From assembly GCA_964016885.1 (NCBI GenBank), contig OZ024742.1, forward strand, positions 279,558,001 through 279,622,000: DNA of 64,000 nt. The letters run 5' to 3'. The position numbers were made by a program, and so were the translations under genes. This stretch comes from Eledone cirrhosa. Its lineage: Eukaryota. Shown here one piece after another: positions 52,740 through 64,000 of the stretch. Every line of letters begins with the position of its first letter. Position 1 is the stretch's first letter. The notes beneath the pieces are model-generated. The model ran no database searches. It saw only the letters and a program-made list of their open reading frames with translations, and was not told where the DNA came from.

Positions 52740-53645
52740 TGTGTGTGTGTGCGCGCGCGCGTGTGTGTGTGAATGAATCCGTGCTTGTGTTTATGTCTGT
52801 GTATCTGGTAGTGTTAATAAACACAGCAATATAAAAAAAAATGATATCGATATTAAAAAATAACATTTTTGATCAATGATGAAATTTTTTCTATGTTTAT
52901 GATACTCATAAGTAATAGAGACCACTAAGTTTGTGTAATTAAGAAGATAGCATTGTAAGCACAATTGTTTCGAGTTCGATATTTGGCTTTGATCGATTGC
53001 TAACTGTCATTTATCATAGACTTGCCTGTTTCAATTCTTCGTGAATAAAGAATTTACAAGGAAACACTGTCGCAACCCGTCTTGCTACTCTTGTGGTTGT
53101 TATGTAGATTTTTTTTGTTGTTGTTATTTTCTTAAACCGCCACCTCCTCTTCTTCTTCTTCTTCTTCTTCTTCTTCTTCTTCTTCTTCTTCTTCTTCTTC
53201 TTCTTCTTCTTCTTCTTGCCGTTGTTATTACTGTTATTACTGCTATTTCTTTAATGCTTGTGTTAATAATAATAACTTATGTATTTTTCACGCATTATTT
53301 TAAATAGAGGGCGGTGGAATGGCAGTATTGGTAGAGGGTCGGACGCCATGCTTTGATGTATAGAGTTATGGTCCTTCCCATTCAAATCCCGCTGAGGATA
53401 ATTTTGCCTTTTATCCTTACAAGGTCGATAAAATAAAGTACCAGCAATGCACTGGATATTTGCTGGCCTTGTGCCAAACGTAGAAAGAATTATTTTAAAT
53501 AGAATTGTTTCTGAAATAACAGTAATTCTTATTTTAGTCATCAAATGAATTACCATATTATTGGCCAGTCTTTGATAAATATAAATGCATAGATGGATAG
53601 ATGAATGGATGGGTGGACAGATAGAACGATAGTTTTACACATAAA

Positions 53646-53681
<36 letters not shown>

Positions 53682-54153
53682 TTGTCTCCCGGTATTCGCG
53701 TGGGTTACGTTCCTAGAGCACTCTCACAGAGTGAAAAACCCCGTATATTAGACGTGGTCCATAAAAATACCATAAACATCAAAATATAATTTAAAAAAAG
53801 AGGGAACGTCTTATGCATTATGCGAAAGGGATTCGAATAGGCCGGCAAAAACGGTATATTGTTATTAATAAATGCCGAGAAAAAATCGCGAAAGTTATTT
53901 ACGATTCTGCTAATATGCGGTGGATTCCATGAACAATTATTATTTAGATTCTAAGGAAAATTCCGCGAATAACCAGAACCCTGAATGCCGGGTGTAAATT
54001 GTATATATATGTTTATATATTTGAAATTAAAAGTATAACGAAAAGAATTTGAAAATGGAATTGGAATCTTTAAGAAGTTTTATATAAACTGTCTTAGAGA
54101 CTCCAATTGTATTTTCAATTTCTTTTACCTATGTATATATGTATATATATGGA

Positions 54154-54254
<101 letters not shown>

Positions 54255-54505
54255 GAGTTAAACAAGAGTCAATGAATATATCAAAGAATGAGTTTTACAG
54301 TAGATTGGAAGCACTCTATGGCAAATAATTTTCCAGAGTTATTAATATTAAAATACAAATATTAATAAAATAGATGTCCTTTTATCAATTACATTTTATT
54401 ATACATATTTCAGATGTATAACAGTACGTACTCATCAGACAAAATATAATGATACATGACATACCCTGAGATGTTAAATGGTTAAGATTTAATCAAGGTA
54501 GGAAT

Positions 54506-54564
<59 letters not shown>

Positions 54565-54570
<6 letters not shown>

Positions 54571-54796
54571 AAAAAGAGATGAAATCGAAAATGCAACTGA
54601 AGTCTTATTTTTTTTTTAAATATATATATTTATTAAATAAATATATATATTTTCAAATAAATATATATATTTTTTAAAAATATATTTTAAAAAAAAATAA
54701 GACTTCAGTTGCATTTTCGATTTCATCTCTTTTTCTTTATACTTTCACTCGTGTAGGACACCTCGGATATTTTTCATTTTGTAAAAAAAACCTCAC

Positions 54797-54805
<9 letters not shown>
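54565..54805. repeat. Palindromic non-coding insertion in (TA)n with one arm extended
   Basis: 54565-54620 is the reverse complement of ~54685-54741. The right arm continues ~60 nt further. Same family as 12960-13075. Confidence 0.8.
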
Positions 54806-54894
<89 letters not shown>

Positions 54895-54895
<1 letters not shown>

Positions 54896-55080
54896 ATTAT
54901 TTCTACTTTTGGCACAAGGCCAGCAATTATCCCAGTGCATTACTAGTACTTTATTTTATCGACCCTGTAAGGATGAAAGGCAAAGTTAAACTTGGCGGGA
55001 TTTGAACACAGACCATAAAGGGCCGTAACTCTTTGCTGCAAAGAATGGCCTCAGACTCTCTACCGATACTGCCAATCCAT
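54895..55080 (-). mobile_element. tRNA-derived SINE
   Basis: Collinear with the 8130-8310 copy. Confidence 0.8.
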
Positions 55081-55324
55081 TAATATATGGAGGATAGGAT
55101 TGGCTGTGTAGTTGCTAGTTAAGGTAGCTTAAAATGGAGTGAGAATAAGACGAAAGCAAGACGGGGGGAAGTTTGCCTAATCAGTTGTCTACAGTGGCCC
55201 TTGGATATTTCCACGCTTTAAGACCCCCAGTAGACAACTTATTCTCACTCTATTTTAAGTTATATATATACATATACACATATTTATATATATATATTTA
55301 TATATACACACACACACAAACACT

Positions 55325-55434
<110 letters not shown>

Positions 55435-55454
55435 CATATATATATATATACGTG

Positions 55455-57023
<1,569 letters not shown>

Positions 57024-57267
57024 TTATCTATATATATATATAAACAATTAAGTTAAAAATGTACATCTACATATGCATACTGAAATACTAGTGTGTATAT
57101 GAATACACACACGTATACATATGTAGGTGTAACAAGTCTTTCACTGGTTGCTTTACTGTGAGCAACTCAGCTATTCTGTATGTAAACACACAGACAAACC
57201 GGTTTTTAGAGTCATACTGGTTTTCGGGAGAACACCTTCCCTCTATTCTCCAGAAAGCCAGACAAGG

Positions 57268-57312
57268 AATATTGAACTAGTTTCGTTGTTGTTACAACTC
57301 ATCAGCAATATT
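57268..57312 (-). ncRNA. Minimal type I hammerhead ribozyme
   Basis: aatattg-CTGATGA-gttg taacaa caac-GAAA-ctag-TT-caatatt. Confidence 0.85.
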
Positions 57313-57840
57313 TACCTATCTACCGGCCCTTCTGGAGAATTGTAAAAGCACATATCGTTATATGCTTTTTCTATGAAAATTAGTAGTGGGCAGACTAATT
57401 TGCATAGAGTGTGAGTACGCACCGGTTCAGCGGAGACGATAAAAACAAATAACGAAACGAAATTAAATTTCGTTTCGTTTGTAACTCACTTGTGTATGAC
57501 TGACGCTTAAACAATTAAGTTAAAAATGTACTTCTACATATGCATACTGAAATACTAGTGTGTATATGAATACACACACGTATACATATGTAGGTGTAAC
57601 AAGTCTTTCACTGGTTGCTTTACTGTGAGCAACTCAGCTATTCTATATGTAAACACACAGACAAACCGGTTTTAACGAAACGAAATTTAATTTCGTTTCG
57701 TTATTTGTTTTTATCGTCTCCGCTGAACCGGTGCGTACGCACACTCTATGCAAATTAGTTTGCCCACTACTAATTTTCATAGAAAAAGCATATAACGATA
57801 TGTGCTTTTACAATTCTCCAGAAGGGCCGGTAGATAGGTA

Positions 57841-57885
57841 AATATTGCTGATGAGTTGTAACAACAACGAAACTAGTTCAATATT
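57841..57885 (+). ncRNA. Minimal type I hammerhead ribozyme
   Basis: Canonical core, 7-bp stem I, 4-bp stem II, palindromic aactagtt stem III. Confidence 0.85.
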
Positions 57886-58307
57886 CCTTGTCTGGCTTTC
57901 TGGAGAATAGAGGGAAGGTGTTCCCCCGAAAACCAGTATGACTCTAAAAACCGGTTTGTCTGTGTGTTTACATACAGAATAGCTGAGTTGCTCACAGTAA
58001 AGCAACCAATGAAAGACTTGTTACACCTACATATGTATACGTGTGTGTATTCATATACACACTAGTATTTCAGTATGCATATGTAGATGTACATTTTTAA
58101 CTTAATTGTTTAAGCGTCAGTCATACAAAAGTGAGTTACAAACGAAACGAAATTTAATTTCGTTTCGTTATTTGTTTTTATCGTCTCCGCTGAACCGGTG
58201 CGTACTCACATTCTATGCAAATTAGTCTGCCCACTACTAATTTTCATAGAAAAAGCATATAACGATATGTGCTTTTAAAATTCTCCAGAAGGGCCGGTAG
58301 ATAGGTA

Positions 58308-58352
58308 AATATTGCTGATGAGTTGTAACAACAACGAAACTAGTTCAATATT
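58308..58352 (+). ncRNA. Minimal type I hammerhead ribozyme
   Basis: Identical motif 467 bp downstream. Confidence 0.85.
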
Positions 58353-58774
58353 CCTTGTCTGGCTTTCTGGAGAATAGAGGGAAGGTGTTCCCCCGAAAAC
58401 CAGTATGACTCTAAAAACCGGTTTGTCTGTGTGTTTACATACAGAATAGCTGAGTTGCTCACAGTAAAGCAACCAGTGAAAGACTTGTTACGCCTACATA
58501 TGTATACGTGTGTGTATTCATATACACACTAGTATTTCAGTATGCATATGTAGATGTACATTTTTAACTTAATTTTTTAAGCGTCAGTCATACAAAAGTG
58601 AGTTACAAACGAAACGAAATTTAATTTCGTTTCGTTATTTGTTTTTATCGTCTCCGCTGCACCGGTGCGTACTCACACTCTATGCAAATTAGTCTGCCCA
58701 CTACTAACTTTCATAGAAAAAGCATATAACGATATGTGCTTTTACAAATCTCCAGAAGGGCAGGTAGATAGGTA

Positions 58775-58819
58775 AATATTGCTGATGAGTTGTAACAACA
58801 ACGAAACTAGTTCAATATT
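58775..58819 (+). ncRNA. Minimal type I hammerhead ribozyme
   Basis: Identical motif 934 bp downstream of the 57841 copy. Confidence 0.85.
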
Positions 58820-59117
58820 CCTTGTCTGGCTTTCTGGAGAATAGAGGGAAGGTGTTCCCCCGAAAACCAGTATGACTCTAAAAACCGGTTTGTCTGTGTG
58901 TTTACATACAGAATAGCTGAGTTGCTCACAGTAAAGCAACCAATGAAATACTTGTTACACCTACATATGTATACGTGTGTGTATTCATATACACACTAGT
59001 ATTTCAGTATGCATATGTAGATGTACATTTTTAACTTAATTGTTTAAGCGTCAGTCATACAAAAGTGAGTTACAAACGAAACGAAATTTAATTTCGTTTC
59101 GTTATTTGTTTTTATAT

Positions 59118-59276
<159 letters not shown>

Positions 59277-59922
59277 TATCTATATATATTTTCTTTAGGT
59301 CGTTTTGGAAGCCTCGACAATGCAAATGGGTAAATCTCCGGGTAACAAGATCCGGTGGTGGAGAAAGAGATGTAAATGGGTGTACGTTGACATGCGTGGT
59401 GTGTATAAGACGTGTAGAGGAATGAAGGAAAGAGTATAAATGATATTATAAATATAACACGAGAGAGAGTTACCTTGGGAGAGATTTAATTGTCCCTATA
59501 TAATTCGGATTCACATTCATCAAGTGGGGGTTTTTTCCCGGGATGGGGGAAAGGTTGTCTGTCGGAAAGGTGCGAAACGCGTCCTCCGCTGTTTGCTGTT
59601 TTGAATATCTGAGGTATTCAGTAGACCGCGCGTGCGCGTGAAATGGGGTCGGACGGGCAGAGGTCAGCGGCCGAATGTGGGAGTGGGGTGGCGCTGGCTG
59701 TCAGTCCATTCTCTGCCTGTTTGTTAAATGTTGCTGTTTGTGTGTGTGTGCGTGTGTTGTTGTCTCGCTTGAGTGTGTGTGTGTCTGTGCGTGTATGTTG
59801 CCTTGTTCCTCTGTATTGGCAGTGTAGTATGTTCGTATGGTGGAATGCTACTGTGTGTGTGTGCGTGTGTAGTTGTCTCGTTTGTGTGTGTTTGTGCGTG
59901 TGTTGCTGTATCGTTTGTTAAC

Positions 59923-60423
59923 TTAAACCAGCCACCTCATTTCGCTTCTCTCGGATCGATTGTTTATTTGCCTTGCCAGGGGTTTGATAAAAAGCGCTTC
60001 GTTGATACGTAACGTGCCGACGTTTCTTTCAGTCGCTAGAATTGTGACAATGGGCATTCCGTCTTTGTTTCCGCATTTGTCTATGTGTTTCCGGAAAGAC
60101 ACGGCCCTAGTTTTAGTGTGTTCCTTGATCCGGGTGTGCAAAGTTCGGATTGTGCTACATATATAGTATTGATTGCACCTGTCACATTCTATCTTATACA
60201 CGACGTACGTGCGTAGGCAACAGTTCGCATGGCGTATCGGGTAGTCTCTGAGGGAGCACGCGTCAGTAGATTTCCCGGATTTCCTGGAGAGGCATCTTCG
60301 CTGGGAGGGGCCCGAGTGGGCCAGGTGGATGTCGAGGCCCTCCCTCCGTATAGCCTTGCGGATAGCGTTGGTGGTATTCTCGCACAGGTGTGGCATTTTA
60401 AGGAAGCACTTGCCTTGGGTGCC
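59923..60423 (-). pseudogene. PLE GIY-YIG endonuclease fragment in the inverted arm
   Basis: VVYKIECDRCNQYYICST...RIKEH...NEALFIK...QINNRSE. Confidence 0.85.
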
Positions 60424-62589
60424 ACAACGAGAACATAGACATTAACGAACAGACGGACCAGAACCACGTGGAAAACAACAACTGAACAACCTCCACCGCC
60501 GCATCCACCAACACCGAGCCACACCTCAATGATGCGACGCACCTGGTAACCGACCTAACCGGCACTAACATGAGCGACGAGCTGAAACTCCTACACCTCG
60601 GACCCAAGTTCATCGTCTCACAACGTCTCGATGACAGACTCAAACTCAACGTCGAGGCCAACTTGTGTCGAGCCGCTTACAAACTTAAATGGGTGACCGC
60701 CATGAACAGCGCCACAGAAAATAACACCGCCCACGCAACCCACCCCAAGTTCCCCACTTACCACCCCGACAACCCACTCCACCCACCACCCAGCAAACCC
60801 CGAACTCGACACTAAACTCATCAGGCTAAAATACTCCATCTCGGATATACTTCACAAACACACACACACATGCACAACACATAACTTCACCAAATGTCAA
60901 CTCACCACTCTCTCCAACCTAAAATCGAAGAACCTCATCTATCTCCCCTCCGACAAAGGAAAAGAATTCTGCGTCATCAGCAGAGAGGCCTACAACACCC
61001 TGGCCCTCCAACACCTACTCCAAGGTCACGGGAATCACTCCCGCGCAGATAGAAGAGCACATCAACGCCGCCTGGACCAACATCTGCGACCGGCGGAAGC
61101 TCCCGAAGAAGCTGAGATACAACCTCCTCACGAGGAACAGCAGACTACACGCTTTCTACCACCTCGTGAAAACACACAAACAGGGACCCGACCTGAAGAT
61201 CAGGCCCATTGTATCGAGCATGGAGGGACCACTCTACAAAATTTCATGGCTCCTAGCCAGAATATTCAAACCCGTCTTAGACACCTTGCCGGGACACGTT
61301 AACAGCTCCGAGGAGGTGTTGAAGCGCCTGCATCAGATGGATCCCGACACCAGAAGGAATAACAGATATGCCTTCAGCCTTGATGTAGTCGCTCTCTACA
61401 CCTCGGTCCCGGCACTCCCGGCCGTAAATATACTGATCGAACGCGTCCAATCCACCGACCTACACTGCTTCGGGCTCACCACCACTGACATCCACCAACT
61501 CCTATCCATCGTCGTCGACAACACCTACTTCGGATTTCTTGACCAAACATACCAACAAACCTCGGGATTGCCCATGGGATCAAGCCTGTCGGGTATGCTA
61601 GCGATCTCTTACATGGACAACCTCGAGCGCAAGGCACTCAACGCCTGCCACCCCAACGCCGTCGCCTTTTTCTCAAGGTACGTGGACGATATCATCATCC
61701 TCACATCTTCCCAAGACACGGCGAACAGAATCTATGAGACGTTCAACAACACAGACGAGAACATTGACTTCAGTGTTGAACACCCCAACGAAGACGGGTC
61801 ACTTGCCCTACTCGACTTCCGAATCAACATCACGGAACAGGGAAGGATCCACTGCAACTTCTATCGAAAGGCAGCCTGCACGGACCTGTTCGTTCACTAC
61901 AAGTCCGACCTCCATAACAGTGCAAAAAGAGGATACATCACGAACGAGATCGCGCGAATCAAAAACAGATGCAGTAATCCCGCGAGTGGTGTCACTCATA
62001 CCAAGCGATTCCTCGAGGTGCTGGAGACGAACGGGTACCCTACCTCGCTCACAGACAGAGTGGGAGAAGCCAGACACAAGAGACAGAGAGGCACCCAAGG
62101 CAAATGCTTCCTTAAAATGCCACACCTGGGCGAGAATACCACCAACGCTATCCGCAAGGCTATACGGAGGGAGGGCCTCGACATCCACATGGCCCACTCG
62201 GGCTCCTCCCTGCGAAGATGCCTCTCCAGGAAAGCCGGGAAATCTACTGACGCTTACTCCCTCAGAGACTGCCCGATACGCCATGCGAACTGTTGCCTAC
62301 GCACATACGTCGTGTCTAAGATATAATGTGACAGGTGCAACCAATACTATATATGTAGCACAATCCGACCTTTGCACATCCGGATCAAGGAACACACTAA
62401 AACTAGGGCCTCGTCTTTCCGGAAACACATAGACAAATGCGGAAACAAAGACGGAAGGCCCATTGTCACAATGCTAGCGACTGAAAGAAACGTCGGCACG
62501 TTACGTATCAAGGAAGCGCTTTTTATCAAACGCCTGCACAGCAAATAAACAATCGATCCGAGAGAAGCGAAATGAGGTGGCTGGTTTAA
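60424..62589 (+). pseudogene. PLE reverse transcriptase plus GIY-YIG ORF (frameshifts before 61166, premature TAA at 62324)
   Basis: LHLGPKF, PSDKG, KTHK...IRPIVS, SLDVVALYTSVP, GLPMGSSLS, RYVDD, ALLDF. Confidence 0.92.
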
Positions 62590-62983
62590 GTTAACAAACG
62601 ATGCAGCAACACACACACACATACACAAACGAGACAACTACACACGCACACGCACGCACAGTAGCATTCCACCATACGAACATACTACACTGCCAATACA
62701 GAGGAACTAGGCAACAACACACGCACACACGCACACACTCAAGCGAGACAACAACACACGCACACACACACACAGCAACATTTAACAAACAGGCAGAGAA
62801 TGGACTGACAGCCAGCGCCACCCCACTCCCACATTCGGCCGCTGACCTCTGCCCGACCGACCCCTATTTCACGCGCACGCGCGCTCTGCTGAATACCTCA
62901 GATATTCAAAACAACAAACAGCGGAGGACGCGTTTCGCACCTTTCCGACCGACAACCTTTACCCCACCCCGTGTAAAAAAAAA

Positions 62984-63018
62984 CCCAGTTGATGGATGTG
63001 AATCCGAAATATATAGGG
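62984..63018 (+). ncRNA. Degenerate pLTR hammerhead (partner at ~59494-59530, - strand)
   Basis: ccc..(c/t)TGATG(A)-gatgtgaatcc-GAAA-tata-TA-ggg, reconstructed from the two arms. Confidence 0.5.
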
Positions 63019-63268
63019 ACAATTAAATCTCTCCCAAGGTAACTCTCTCTTGTTGTTATTTTAATTTTATCCTTTATACACTTTCCTTCATTCCTCTACA
63101 CGTCTTATACACACCACGCATCTCAACGTACACCCACTTACATCTCTCTCTCCACCACCGGATCTTGTTACCCGGAGAATTACCCATTTGCATTGCCGAG
63201 GCTTCCAAACGACTTAAAGATATTTACCTATTATTCCACAATGCTTCAAGCAAACTTCAATATTCTCT

Positions 63269-63324
<56 letters not shown>

Positions 63325-64000
63325 AAAGAATAGAGGTGTAACACACGAGTTATGATATATTGGTAAAAGGAAAAGAAAGTGCCGACAAATTGTTCCCAGT
63401 GAAAAATAGTTTAATTAGGAATAAGTAAAAATTAATAATAGTATTGGTTAGTATTCAGTTTTGGTTTTAAGTTTTACCCGTTGCATATTTCTAATGATTT
63501 TCAAAAACAATTTTGAGATAGAGCGCCTGTGATGTTTGCTCTAATCTGATTAGTTTTGGAAATTCTACCTGTTTTATGTAAAAAAAAGTGGCTCCAGATG
63601 TATGAACAAATTCTTGTGGTCAAAACAAATTTGATTGGTCGGTAGAGGTCATGTGAATGTCAAAAATTGATTTTGCGCCAAATGTAGGTTTGTCTCGGCT
63701 GATTGAGAAGTCACTGAATAATAAGTCGTTCAAGACAAATATGTGTGTGTGTGTGTGTGTAGTAGTAGTAAAGAGGTTTGTTGTTGTGATAATGGTCAGC
63801 AGGGATGTATATATATATATATATAAATATATATATATATTCGTCATTGTCAGTCTGTTCATCACAATCATTTACACACATTTTATCTTTCGGTCCATTT
63901 TTTACCTGTTAAATCAGATCATGTTCCCTGTTAATAAGAAATGTATTTTCCCTCCTATGTTCCCTATCACCTTGTAATTCTATAGAATTAGATTTGTTCT

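Larger units (their letters stand above)
57040..59115. mobile_element. Retrozyme-like array, 467-bp unit: ~1.4 units minus-sense then ~3.1 units plus-sense, junction at 57673/57674, inside (TA)n
   Basis: Exact 467-bp periodicity (57841/58308/58775). One hammerhead per unit. Confidence 0.88.
59288..63268. mobile_element. Penelope/Poseidon-type PLE: inverted 3' copy (59288-60423, -) joined to a 5'-truncated forward copy (60424-63268, +)
   Basis: 59290-60423 is the reverse complement of ~62091-63220. RT followed by C-terminal GIY-YIG. (TA)n flanks. Confidence 0.92.

Noticed and set aside
57040-59115. CRISPR array or prokaryotic system
   Set aside because: Units are long and identical with no unique spacers or cas genes, and the context is eukaryotic.

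Overview
AT-rich, repeat-saturated animal DNA. The SINE, RTE and Penelope-like repertoire and the (TA)n load suggest a cephalopod such as Octopus (inference). No host protein-coding exon could be supported. Main contents: (1) a ~19 kb head-to-tail array of five Tx1/L1-clade LINE copies (three full-length, two 5'-truncated, two subfamilies), each bordered by (TATC)n; (2) many Penelope-like element (PLE) remnants and non-coding hammerhead-ribozyme repeats, mostly in (TA)n tracts and repeatedly arranged as inverted pairs with 3' ends facing outward; (3) RTE and CRE LINE remnants, tRNA-derived SINEs, MITEs and a ~2.07 kb tandem duplication. The best candidate for an undescribed system is in the Tx1 elements. 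The ORF1 stop codon sits inside a perfect AG|GTAAGT splice donor, and the ORF2 stop codon TAG is the AG of an apparent splice acceptor, so ORF2 looks like an exactly bounded intron. A 67-69 nt GT-AG mini-intron is also conserved in the 5' UTR. Splicing and ribozyme activity are inferred from sequence only.
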